Shown here: positions 10,228 through 19,533 of the stretch, piece after piece
How the letters are laid out: each line of letters starts with the position of its first letter
Numbering within the stretch: the first letter of the stretch is position 1
Assembly (NCBI GenBank): GCA_039815185.1
Contig: JBCBZT010000017.1
Span: forward strand, 1 to 64,000
Source of the DNA: Cyanobacteria bacterium P01_A01_bin.123
GTDB lineage: Bacteria; Cyanobacteriota; Cyanobacteriia; Phormidesmidales; Phormidesmidaceae
Direction: 5' to 3'
DNA length: 64,000 nt
Translations under genes and position numbers: made by a program
The notes under the pieces: generated by a model
Seen by the model: the letters and a program-made list of their open reading frames with translations, nothing else
What the model was told of the DNA's origin: nothing
The model's database searches: none

Positions 10228-12623
10228 AAAGGCCACTTCCAGCCGGTCATCTCATCAGAATCCATGCCATGCTCATGGGCATAGGCGAGGGACTCAATGA
10301 TTTTGTTCTTCATGCGCTCTTTCACATGCCCTGCTGCCGCTCCCAACTTGGGGACTCGGTCAATCACATCGATCACTAAGTTAAAGCGGTCAATTTGATT
10401 GTTGATCGCCAGTTCCAGAGGCGTGTTGATATTACCCTCTTCTTTGTAACCGCGCACGTGAATTCGCTCCTGATTCGCCCGTCGATAGACCAGCTTGTGA
10501 ATCAACCAGGGATAGCCGTGGAAGTTGAAGATGATGGGCTTGTCGATGGTGAACAACGAATTGAAATCTCGATCGGATAGACCGTGGGGATGCTCCCCTT
10601 CTGACATCAATTTGAACAAGTCCACCACATTGACAAAACGCACCTTCAGGTAAGGGAACTCCTCACGCAAAATCGCTGTTGCCGCCAACGACTCCATGGT
10701 GGGAATGTCGCCACAGCAGGCCATGATTACATCTGGGATATCCGGTTCCGTGCCGCAGTCGTCATTGGAGGCCCAATCCCAAATGCCAATGCCTTTGGTG
10801 CAGTGCTTGATCGCTTCATCCATCGACAAATACTGCAAGTGCTTTTGCTTGTCGGAGATAATCACATTCACATAGTCCACACTGCGGAAACAGTGGTCAG
10901 CCACTGAGAGCAAACAGTTGGCATCCGGCGGGAAGTAAACCCGCACCACCTCAGGGCTCTTGTTAGTGACCAAGTCCACATAGCCGGGATCCTGGTGGCT
11001 AAAGCCATTGTGGTCTTGCCGCCACACTAAAGACGACAGCAAGATATTCAACGATGACACCGAGCGCCGCCAGGGCACATGGTTGCGGCAGATATCCAAC
11101 CACTTGGCATGCTGGTTGAACATCGAATCAACCACGTGGGCAAAGGCTTCGTAGGTGTGGAATAGGCCGTGACGTCCGGTGAGCAGATAGCCTTCTAGCC
11201 AGCCTTGCAGCGTGTGCTCACTCAGCATTTCCATCACCCGCCCATCACGGGACAGCTCTCCCCCGTCTTCATCTTCGGGGTAGAGGTCTGCCATCCACAC
11301 CTTCTTAGTGACTTGATAGACGTCCTGGAGACGGTTTGAAGCAGTTTCATCCGGCCCCATTAAACGGAAGTTGTTGGAGTTGTCGCGCATGATGTCGCGC
11401 ATAAATAGACCCAGCACCTTGGTGTTCTCAAACTCGACGGTGCCATGCTGGGGGATTTCAATGGCGTAATCCTGGAAGGCGGGTAGCTTCAGGACATGGC
11501 GCAACAGACCGCCGTTGGCATGGGGGTTGGCACTCATGCGGCGATCGCCCGCGGGAGCCAATTCCTTTAATTCGGGAATCAGCGTACCGTTTTCGTCAAA
11601 CAGCTCTTCGGGTTTATAGCCGCGCATCCATTCGCCCAGCCTTTCCAGGTGCTCGGGGTTGCTGTGCATGCCGCCCATCGGTACCTGGTGGGAACGCCAG
11701 AAGTCTTCGACCTTGTGTCCATCGACTTCTTCAGGGCCGGTCCAGCCTTTGGGGGTACGCAGCACAATCATCGGCCAGCGGGGGCGTTCGATCTTGCCGT
11801 TAACGCGTGCTTCGTGCTGAACTTCCTTGATTTTGAGGATGCACGCTTCCATCACCTCAGCCATCCGCTGATGCATTTCAGCCGGGTCTTTGCCTTCAAC
11901 GAAGTAGGGCGTGTAGCCGTAGCCCCGGAACAGGAACTCTAGCTCTTCATGGGAGATGCGGGCCAGGATGGTAGGGTTGGCAATCTTATAGCCGTTCAGG
12001 TTCAAAACGGGCAGTACAGCTCCATCGCGGGCGGGGTTGATAAATTTGTTGGAATGCCAAGCGGTGGCCAGGGGCCCAGTTTCGGATTCGCCGTCACCCA
12101 CAACGCAGCAGGTAATCAGATCGGGATTATCTAAAACGGTGCCGTAGGCGTGGGAGACGCTATAACCGAGTTCGCCACCTTCGTGTACAGAGCCGGGAGT
12201 TTCGGGGGTGACGTGGCTACCAATATAGCCGGGGAAGGAGAACTGCTTAAAGAAGCGCCGCATGCCGTCGGCATCTTCGCTTTTGTCGGGGTAGATTTCG
12301 GAGTAGGTGCCTTCTAAATAGACCGGGCCCAGGACGCCGGGAGCACCATGACCGGGGCCAGCCACGAAAATCATGTTGAGGTCGTGCTTCTTAATCAGCC
12401 GATTGCAGTGAATGTAGGTGAAGCTCAAGGCAGGTGAAGCGCCCCAGTGTCCTAGTAGCCGATGTTTGACCTGTTCTGATTTCAAGGGTGCTTTAAGCAG
12501 GGGGTTGTCGCGGAGGTAGATCATGCCCACGGCCAGGTAGTTACAGGCGCGCCAATAAGCATGCAGTTTGCGCAACTCTTCGTCTGTGAGATAAGAGGCT
12601 TTTAGAGAAGGGGCGACTACCAT
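10209..12623 (-). CDS. xfp: Xylulose-5-phosphate/fructose-6-phosphate phosphoketolase
   Basis: [17 protein letters not shown]-binding GDGE...[17 protein letters not shown]; 804 aa. Confidence 0.97.
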   Translation of the reverse strand: MVVAPSLKASYLTDEELRKLHAYWRACNYLAVGMIYLRDNPLLKAPLKSEQVKHRLLGHWGASPALSFTYIHCNRLIKKHDLNMIFVAGPGHGAPGVLGPVYLEGTYSEIYPDKSEDADGMRRFFKQFSFPGYIGSHVTPETPGSVHEGGELGYSVSHAYGTVLDNPDLITCCVVGDGESETGPLATAWHSNKFINPARDGAVLPVLNLNGYKIANPTILARISHEELEFLFRGYGYTPYFVEGKDPAEMHQRMAEVMEACILKIKEVQHEARVNGKIERPRWPMIVLRTPKGWTGPEEVDGHKVEDFWRSHQVPMGGMHSNPEHLERLGEWMRGYKPEELFDENGTLIPELKELAPAGDRRMSANPHANGGLLRHVLKLPAFQDYAIEIPQHGTVEFENTKVLGLFMRDIMRDNSNNFRLMGPDETASNRLQDVYQVTKKVWMADLYPEDEDGGELSRDGRVMEMLSEHTLQGWLEGYLLTGRHGLFHTYEAFAHVVDSMFNQHAKWLDICRNHVPWRRSVSSLNILLSSLVWRQDHNGFSHQDPGYVDLVTNKSPEVVRVYFPPDANCLLSVADHCFRSVDYVNVIISDKQKHLQYLSMDEAIKHCTKGIGIWDWASNDDCGTEPDIPDVIMACCGDIPTMESLAATAILREEFPYLKVRFVNVVDLFKLMSEGEHPHGLSDRDFNSLFTIDKPIIFNFHGYPWLIHKLVYRRANQERIHVRGYKEEGNINTPLELAINNQIDRFNLVIDVIDRVPKLGAAAGHVKERMKNKIIESLAYAHEHGMDSDEMTGWKWPFSGRCD

Positions 12624-13417
12624 GGAATTCGTTCCTAACTAGGTTTTCAGAATCCGAATTTCAGTATTCGGGAGGATGTTTGAAAAGTAGCAACTAGGTC
12701 GTCAGTGGCAATTAGGGGAATCGGATCGATCTTAACCCAAAGCACATTAACCCAATTAAATTAAACTTCGATTATGGAATGAGCTAGGTCTATATTGCAG
12801 CGATTCTACCGACAATACTCAAGTCTGCCTATACCTAAATGGCTTTCAAAATTGGGATTTAATCTTTTTTCAAGGATTATTCCTGCGCACTTTGTCAATG
12901 CCCATGGGCTCAGCATAAATAGGATAGAAAGGAATGTATCCATGGATGCATCTCGCCCACTTACAACCGTAGCAAAAGTATCAAAGTCAGTTTCTTTCAA
13001 ACTCTTTATAGATGAAAGTCAACTCGATTGATTGAGTACTTCAAGGATTTCAAAGGCATGATTCAGTTTTCGGATATAACGCTTGAAACCAGATATCATC
13101 GCCTAATCAAATCGCAGACTGAACGCTGTAAGCCTATTAAAGCCTCCTCAAACACAAAAATGGTTAAGGAGAAATTAACAATTCGCTCTCGAATCTCAAT
13201 CTAGATCAGCTATTATTCGCTTGAACTTTTCCAAAGTCTGACAAACATAGCACTCCGTTCAAGGTAAGCTTTTTCTAGCGATAGATTGGGCGTCACCACA
13301 ATTGATCCCCAGTTTTCTCAGCTAGTTAACAATTAGATCTAAAGTTCCTACAGTATTTTTATTTTATCCGTGTTTAATGGTGGATCGCGTTCACCCTTTA
13401 CTAAGGAGATAAACGCT

Positions 13418-13975
13418 ATGCTTGGTGAACTTCAAAAGCGAAAGTTAATTAAGCTCTTTAGCATGTACGACACCTGCAATATCGGCACTTTGAAGTTTTC
13501 AGATTTTGAAAAGATTGTCGAAACCCTTGCTGAAGTTAAGGGATGGAAGTCAAATTCTACTGAATATACTCAACTTCTGAACAAATTTACAAACCGTTGG
13601 GTACACCTAAAGGGCAATATTCAAGATCGAGTGGGTGGGCATGCGATGTACAAAGTTCAGCTAAAAGATTGGCTGAACTATCACGAATTTATGCTGGATG
13701 ATGTTGCTAAATATGAGGACGAGATCCACACTTTGGCTGACATGATATTTGACGTTTGTGATGTAGATGATAGCGGGCATCTGGATCAAAATGAGTGGGT
13801 GGCTTTATTTAGAGCATTTAATTTGCCAGTGGTCTATGCAGGTGATGCATTTGTGAGCCTCGATCAAGATCGAGATAACTTGCTTCAAAAGGAAGAAGTT
13901 TTGAGTGCATTGCGTGATTTTTACTACAGTGACGATGCCGGGACGCCTGCCAATTTCATGTTCGGGCCGTACTAA
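13418..13975 (+). CDS. EF-hand calcium-binding protein (calerythrin/sarcoplasmic Ca-binding protein type)
   Basis: AAGGAG before ATG 13418; EF loops DTCNIGTLKFSD, DVDDSGHLDQNE, DQDRDNLLQKEE; C-terminal NFMFGPY. Confidence 0.85.
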   Translation: MLGELQKRKLIKLFSMYDTCNIGTLKFSDFEKIVETLAEVKGWKSNSTEYTQLLNKFTNRWVHLKGNIQDRVGGHAMYKVQLKDWLNYHEFMLDDVAKYEDEIHTLADMIFDVCDVDDSGHLDQNEWVALFRAFNLPVVYAGDAFVSLDQDRDNLLQKEEVLSALRDFYYSDDAGTPANFMFGPY

Positions 13976-14016
13976 TACTATTTCTCCAAAACTTGGCTGC
14001 GTTTGGAGGCTGGGCA

Positions 14017-14097
14017 GATTCCCCCTTGCAAAGCTGCGCAAGTCACATCCCAATTGCGATCGCCCCCTTTGCAAGGGTGCAGCGACAGCGGGGGATC
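14017..14097. repeat. Palindromic REP-like element
   Basis: cccttgcaaag (14023) pairs with ctttgcaaggg (14067), inside gattcccc...gggggatc; resembles common cyanobacterial CCCCCTT..AAGGG..GGGGATC repeats. Confidence 0.5.
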
Positions 14098-14123
14098 TTC
14101 AGTCGCGCGCCAGATTGCCTTTA

Positions 14124-14228
14124 TATAGTGCTGGCCAGATTGCTTAACGCACCGAGTATCGCTGGGATGCTCAGCACACAAGCAATCTGGCTCGCCGTAG
14201 CGCCCAAAGCTTTGTGGCTACGGCTATA
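14124..14228 (-). repeat. 105-bp structured dispersed repeat, copy 1 (MITE/REP-like)
   Basis: Reverse complement aligns without gaps to 47094-47198; TATAG...CTATA ends. Confidence 0.9.
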
Positions 14229-14246
14229 CTAAGCACTTCAAACACT

Positions 14247-16076
14247 TCATCCAAACAGCTTAATCAAAACAATCGCAAGAAAGCCCAGTAGCAGTGATTG
14301 GCCTAGAAAATAGCCCCGTCGCATGTAGGCCTCCGGCAACATTGTTTCAGCCAACACGGTCAAAATTGCGCCGGCGCCAACGGCTTCAATAAAAGACACT
14401 AGGTTTTCAGAAGCCCCGACTAAAATCAGGCTCCCGAGTCCGGCGATGATGCCCTGCACCAGCATGACTGAGGTCCACATACTGAAGATGCGTAGGAAAG
14501 AAAAGCCCTGCTGACTCATCCCATCTGAACTTGACAAGGCTTCGGGATAGTTGGAGATTAGCAAGCCTGCTAGCAATGTGGTACTGACCCCCCCGCCAGT
14601 TAGTTCACCCGCCCCAATGGTGAGCGATTCAGGAATACCGTCGATTAATAAACCTACCCAAATTGCCAAGGGGGCATTGGCATGTTCCCCCAAGGCTTGA
14701 ATCACGTCCTGGGCTGAGGGCAACTTCTCTCCCGTGTGCAAATACTTGAACGCTTTTTGCATCCATTGAGTGGACTGTTCTGGAGAAAAATCTTGTTTCT
14801 GCTGTAAGTAGCTGGTCACGGTTTCCTGGCGGAGAAACGTTTCGACGGCTTGATTCAGTTCGGGGGACTGGATGAGCAGATCTTCAAAATCTCGCTTGCT
14901 GAGCTGCCAAACGCTGGTGTCTCCCTCGGCAACTGCCGTCACGCTGTGGCGTGCACCGGTCAGAAAAGAAAATTCACCCAGAACATCTTTGGCGTAGAGC
15001 CGCCTTAACTGACGACTGGGATCTTTGGCGTCGCTGAGGGTGACTTGCCCCTCATGGATGATGTAGAGATATTCAGAAACCTCCTGCTGATAGAAGAATG
15101 CTTCTTCGGATTTGTAACGGCGATAGGATAGGCGGTTGGCGACGGCTTCAATATCTTCGTTGGGCAAGTATTGAAAAATAGGCAATCGTTTTACCTGGCG
15201 AGCAAGCTGCATGAATTCGGCCGCTTTGTTATCGATCGCGATCGCATCTGGAATTCGAGCCTCAGTTTGAATACAAAAAACTGCCTGATCAACCCAGGCT
15301 TTGACCTCGTCTAGGGTGAGGTAATGTCGATGCTGCAAATACTGGGCAATTTCTTCACCCTGCACCAGCCGTCGAGTTGCTTCATTCAGTTCAGGGGAAG
15401 TTTCGAGTAAATCTTCAAACACCTCCCGAGGCAGCATGGCAATTTCGCAATCCGTGGTGGCAACGGCGCTGGTGCCGTGGGGCGCCCCCGAAAAAAAGGC
15501 CATGCGGCTAAAACTATCCCCTGGCCTCAGATGGGCACAGGGTTGCATCTCTTGTTTTGGATCGAGCAGCTGCACCTGCCCACTGTGCAAAATGTACAGG
15601 GCTTCACCCGCGCTACCCGGTTGATACAGCACGCTGCCGCTGGCATAACGGCTAATCAAAAGGGATTTTGTCAACTGCTGTAAGTCTTGGCTGCCAAGGG
15701 CACGAAAAACGTCGAGTCGCCGTACCTGTCCGAGGATTTCTTGAAACTGCTGCTCTTGCTGGCGGGTAATGTGGGCGATCGCGGTGGCGGGCTTCCGCAA
15801 AAAGCTGCCGTACTTATTCAACACATGGTTAACTGTCGTAAAAAATAGACTGCCAATTAGGGAGCCGACAACCAGTTCAAGAATGTGCCCGGCTTCAACC
15901 GCGTTGGTGACCAAATCTAGCACGGTTGCTGACAACAAGGCCCCCGCCCCAAAAGCCGTCAGGCTACCAATCATCCGCCCAGAGGGCCGCCAAACTCGTG
16001 AGGTTAACGCCCCCAACGGCATTGACGCTGCACTCATCAGGCCAGCCCAAAAAGCCCGTATCATGGCGGTTTGCAT
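14247..16076 (-). CDS. ZIP-family metal transporter with two inserted cyclic-nucleotide-binding domains
   Basis: Three N-terminal TMs (AFGAGALLSA), two CNB folds (LYILHSGQV, LYIIHEGQV...GEFSFL), C-terminal ZIP TMs with DGIPES, SNYPEA and TMLPEAY. Confidence 0.85.
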   Translation of the reverse strand: MQTAMIRAFWAGLMSAASMPLGALTSRVWRPSGRMIGSLTAFGAGALLSATVLDLVTNAVEAGHILELVVGSLIGSLFFTTVNHVLNKYGSFLRKPATAIAHITRQQEQQFQEILGQVRRLDVFRALGSQDLQQLTKSLLISRYASGSVLYQPGSAGEALYILHSGQVQLLDPKQEMQPCAHLRPGDSFSRMAFFSGAPHGTSAVATTDCEIAMLPREVFEDLLETSPELNEATRRLVQGEEIAQYLQHRHYLTLDEVKAWVDQAVFCIQTEARIPDAIAIDNKAAEFMQLARQVKRLPIFQYLPNEDIEAVANRLSYRRYKSEEAFFYQQEVSEYLYIIHEGQVTLSDAKDPSRQLRRLYAKDVLGEFSFLTGARHSVTAVAEGDTSVWQLSKRDFEDLLIQSPELNQAVETFLRQETVTSYLQQKQDFSPEQSTQWMQKAFKYLHTGEKLPSAQDVIQALGEHANAPLAIWVGLLIDGIPESLTIGAGELTGGGVSTTLLAGLLISNYPEALSSSDGMSQQGFSFLRIFSMWTSVMLVQGIIAGLGSLILVGASENLVSFIEAVGAGAILTVLAETMLPEAYMRRGYFLGQSLLLGFLAIVLIKLFG

Positions 16077-16109
16077 TGACGACAGCTCCTGGGGTGATCA
16101 ACAACAGCT

Positions 16110-16748
16110 TCAGGTGCCCGCTCGGTTGCGGAGTGCTTCAGGCAAGTGATAACGATCGCCCAAGCGCTTTAACAGAGGGCCGTAGCGATCAAAGGTCACC
16201 ACGCTGACAGAGGCGACGGGCATATCGATGCGATCGCGATAGCGGCCTAAATCAATGCCTAAGAGGCTACAGAGAATGACCCGAATCGTGGCTTTGTGAG
16301 AGACGATCAGCACATTGCCCGTTTCAAACTTGGCTTCGATTTCCGCAATCACGAGTGCTGCCCGACTGGCAAGCTGAACCGTGGTTTCTCCTCCGGTCGG
16401 CGGATTCCAGGCGGGCTCCGTTAGCCACCGGATATAGTCTTCGGTGTAATGTTCCTGCACATAGTCTTGGGTGCGATCTTCCCATTCCCCATAGCTCAGC
16501 TCTTTGAGGCCATCTCGGCGTTGGGGCTCCGTGCCAATGGCTTCACATATGGGCTTTGCGGTGGCGATGGTGCGTTTCATTGGACTTGCGAAAACAGCCG
16601 CCCAAGGGATCGTTTTATAGGCATCCGCAAAGGCCTGAGCCATTTCTGCCCCAGATGGTGTCAGTTCCGGGTCTAGAAACCCACAGTAACCGCCAGTTTG
16701 GCTATGGGTGGTCTCACCATGCCTCAGAAAATAGAGACTCAGACTCAT
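16110..16748 (-). CDS. Histidine phosphatase / phosphoglycerate mutase family protein
   Basis: RHGET, SPMKRT, ELSYGEWE and VSH motifs. Confidence 0.9.
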   Translation of the reverse strand: MSLSLYFLRHGETTHSQTGGYCGFLDPELTPSGAEMAQAFADAYKTIPWAAVFASPMKRTIATAKPICEAIGTEPQRRDGLKELSYGEWEDRTQDYVQEHYTEDYIRWLTEPAWNPPTGGETTVQLASRAALVIAEIEAKFETGNVLIVSHKATIRVILCSLLGIDLGRYRDRIDMPVASVSVVTFDRYGPLLKRLGDRYHLPEALRNRAGT

Positions 16749-16805
16749 GGATTAGGGCACTCCCTACTCATAAACGGTGGAGTCATCGGTTGTATGCTCA
16801 GTAGC

Positions 16806-18230
16806 TTATGCTTGCCCAATAGTGTGGATTTTAAGGAAGTTTGTAGACCCTGCAATTCTCATTGGCAAGCCGGCAAGCAGCAATACCTTGTCTCCGAGGG
16901 CAGCCAGCTTTCTCTCAAGTAGGCAAGCTTCCATCTGCTGAAACAGTGCTTCCATCGAGCCGCCGAACTGCTCTAACAGCACCGGCCGCACGCCCCACAC
17001 TAAGTTGAGTTGATGGTAAACCCTGGCGTGGGCTGTCAAGGCGACAACTGGGGCGTTAGGGCGTTCTGCGGCGGCGAGTCTCGCCGTGTGTCCGGTTTCT
17101 GTGAAGGTGACAATGCATTGTAGATCGAGCACCTGATCAATGGCATTTAGGGCTTCACTGATGGCGTGGGGATCGTCAATTTCCGAGGGAGGGTAATTGG
17201 CATATTCAGTTTCAGGTTCAACGTCAGTGGCGATACGGGCCAGCATCTTAATGGCTTCGATGGGATAATCCCCGACTGCCGATTCCCCTGATAGCATGAC
17301 CGCATCCGTCCCGTCGATGATGGCGTTGGCCACGTCGCTAGCCTCTGCCCGAGTGGGTCGGGGGTTATGGATCATGCTATCTAACATCTGGGTCGCCGTA
17401 ATCACAGGGATACCCTTTTGATTGCAAAGACGAATGATTTTCTTTTGGATTAGGGGCACTTTTTCTGGGCTCATCTCTACGCCTAGATCTCCCCGAGCTA
17501 CCATGATGGCGTCGCATTCGTTGACGATGGCTTCTAGATTGTTGATCGCTTGGGGTTTCTCTAACTTTGCCAGAACGGGGATATGGGCGCCCTTTTCGGT
17601 GAGTAGTGCTTTAAGTTCTTGTACGTCTTCTGGTCTCCGCACAAAGCTTAGGGAAATAATATCGACCCCTTGTTCTACCCCAAAGGCCAAATCTTGCTTG
17701 TCCTTCGCGGTCATGGAGGGCAGTCGCAGATTGAGCGTTGGGAAATTTACCCCCTTGTGGCTCTTCAGAATGCCCCCGGTGACCACGCTGCACTGCACCG
17801 CACTACCCTGCACCGCCTCAACCTGCAGTTCGAGCAGGCCATCGTCTAGCAACACGGGGGTCCCTGCGACTGCTTCCTCGGCCACATAGGGATAGTCAAT
17901 GCCTACCGTCTCTGGCTGCTGGGTATAGTCTGCCAACGGCACTAGCGTTAGAGATGCCCCCGGGTGGAGTTCTAAGCCTGAATCTGGCAACTCCCCGACT
18001 CGAATCTTGGGACCCTGTAAGTCTTGGAGGAGCGTTAAGGGCCGTTCCAGTTCCTGAGAAACGGTACGCAGTTGCCGAATCCCTTCGGCGTGATTTTCGT
18101 AGGTGCCGTGGGAAAAGTTCAGCCGAGCCACATTCATGCCTGCGAGCATCAACTGCTTCATCATTTCTGGAGAGTTACTGGCTGGGCCAATGGTGGCGAC
18201 GATTTTGGTGCGATGCGATAGGGGTTTCAT
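16806..18230 (-). CDS. pyk: Pyruvate kinase (short form, no C-terminal PEP-utilising domain)
   Basis: TKIVATIGPA, ARLNFSHG, DLQGPKIR, MVARGDLGVE, ATQML, MLSGESA; AAGGAG before ATG 18230. Confidence 0.97.
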   Translation of the reverse strand: MKPLSHRTKIVATIGPASNSPEMMKQLMLAGMNVARLNFSHGTYENHAEGIRQLRTVSQELERPLTLLQDLQGPKIRVGELPDSGLELHPGASLTLVPLADYTQQPETVGIDYPYVAEEAVAGTPVLLDDGLLELQVEAVQGSAVQCSVVTGGILKSHKGVNFPTLNLRLPSMTAKDKQDLAFGVEQGVDIISLSFVRRPEDVQELKALLTEKGAHIPVLAKLEKPQAINNLEAIVNECDAIMVARGDLGVEMSPEKVPLIQKKIIRLCNQKGIPVITATQMLDSMIHNPRPTRAEASDVANAIIDGTDAVMLSGESAVGDYPIEAIKMLARIATDVEPETEYANYPPSEIDDPHAISEALNAIDQVLDLQCIVTFTETGHTARLAAAERPNAPVVALTAHARVYHQLNLVWGVRPVLLEQFGGSMEALFQQMEACLLERKLAALGDKVLLLAGLPMRIAGSTNFLKIHTIGQA

Positions 18231-18306
18231 AGGCTCCTTCGAGTTGACAGTGTGGGACACAGTGCAGGATGGGGTCTAGATTTTCTGCGGACAAACCGTA
18301 GGCTGT

Positions 18307-19533
18307 TCACGTTTGCCTGCCAACAATTTGCCAGCAGGATTGGGCGATCGCCCAATCTTCTTGGGTGTGAATTACCCAGACGCGGACGGTTGAATCAGCG
18401 GTAGCGATGTCTTGATCGACGGGGCGACTTTCGTTTTTGTGGGGGTCTATTTTTAAGCCCAAAAACTCAAATGCTTCGCAGGCTGCGGCACGAACAGGCG
18501 TTGCATTTTCGCCTACCCCAGCCGTGAAGACGAGGGCGTCCAATCCGCCAAGGCTGGCTAACATGGCCCCTATACAAGACCGCAGACGATGGATATAAAT
18601 GTCGAAGGCCAGTCGGGCACGGGGATTCTCTGCTGCGATCGCCCCCAGAATTTGCCGCATATCCCCTGAGAGGCCCGATATCCCCTGCAATCCTGAGGCT
18701 TTGTTCAGCAAACGATCAATCTCTTGGGCACTGATCCCCTGAGTTTGCATCACGTAGATAATAATGCCTGGGTCGACAGCGCCCGAGCGGGTGCCCATCA
18801 TTAGCCCATCTAGGGGCGTGAAGCCCATGGTGGTGTCAATGCTGTGCCCCTGTTTCACCGCAGAGAGAGAACAGCCATTGCCGAGGTGACAGATAATCAG
18901 CCGCAAGTCATTCAACTCACGGTTGAGTAACTGGGCTGCCCGCTGAGCACAGTATTCATGGCTAATACCATGGAAGCCATAGCGACGAATCCCCTGTTCA
19001 ACCCATTCGTAAGGGACAGGATAGGTGGCGGCTGCCTCGGGTAGTTGGCTGTGGAAGGCCGTGTCGAATACCGCCACTTGAGGTATATCGATCCCCAAGA
19101 TTTTTTCAATTGCCTCAATCCCGGCTAAATTGGCGGGGTTGTGGATGGGGGCGAGGGTAGATAACCGGGCGATCGCTTCCTTCACCGTCTCTGTGATCAG
19201 CACGCTTTGGCGATAGTCCTGCCCGCCGTGCACCACCCGATGCCCGACGACATCAATCTTTTCAAGGGACTCAATCACGCGGGTTTCCCCTTGCCAAAGA
19301 GAGGCGAGCAAATGATCCATAACCGCTGAGCGGTCTTGAGTCGAGAGGCTGTCGGTATGTTTGATGCCGGCTGAAGTTTTGATCACAATCTCTGAAAATC
19401 CAGGATGGCCAGACCAATCCACACTGGCTTCCCATAGCGGGGGGGGCGGCTGGGCAGGCAACTGTTCCCCAGCAACCTCGTAAAGACAACTCTTTTGGCT
19501 GCTAGAACCGGCATTGAGAACCAAAATCTTCAT
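18307..19533 (-). CDS. ackA: Acetate kinase
   Basis: ILVLNAGSSS, GHRVVHGG, YGFHGISH, HLGNG, FTAGVGEN; ATGA overlap with the ldhA stop. Confidence 0.97.
   Translation of the reverse strand: MKILVLNAGSSSQKSCLYEVAGEQLPAQPPPPLWEASVDWSGHPGFSEIVIKTSAGIKHTDSLSTQDRSAVMDHLLASLWQGETRVIESLEKIDVVGHRVVHGGQDYRQSVLITETVKEAIARLSTLAPIHNPANLAGIEAIEKILGIDIPQVAVFDTAFHSQLPEAAATYPVPYEWVEQGIRRYGFHGISHEYCAQRAAQLLNRELNDLRLIICHLGNGCSLSAVKQGHSIDTTMGFTPLDGLMMGTRSGAVDPGIIIYVMQTQGISAQEIDRLLNKASGLQGISGLSGDMRQILGAIAAENPRARLAFDIYIHRLRSCIGAMLASLGGLDALVFTAGVGENATPVRAAACEAFEFLGLKIDPHKNESRPVDQDIATADSTVRVWVIHTQEDWAIAQSCWQIVGRQT

Noticed and set aside
9878..10228. 116-aa plus-strand ORF
   Set aside because: Antisense to the xfp relic and spans a hairpin; no protein features.
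10051..10380. Diversity-generating retroelement TR/VR pair
   Set aside because: Differences are not adenine-specific, include indels, and no reverse transcriptase is in the window.
12731..12767. Pho-box-like TTAACCC repeats upstream of xfp
   Set aside because: Periods are 15 and 14 bp rather than 11; no recognised motif fits.
13805..14232. Several 67-89 aa ORFs here, and similar ones at 38149-38461
   Set aside because: They run through the palindromic repeat elements; their shared peptide text comes from the repeat.
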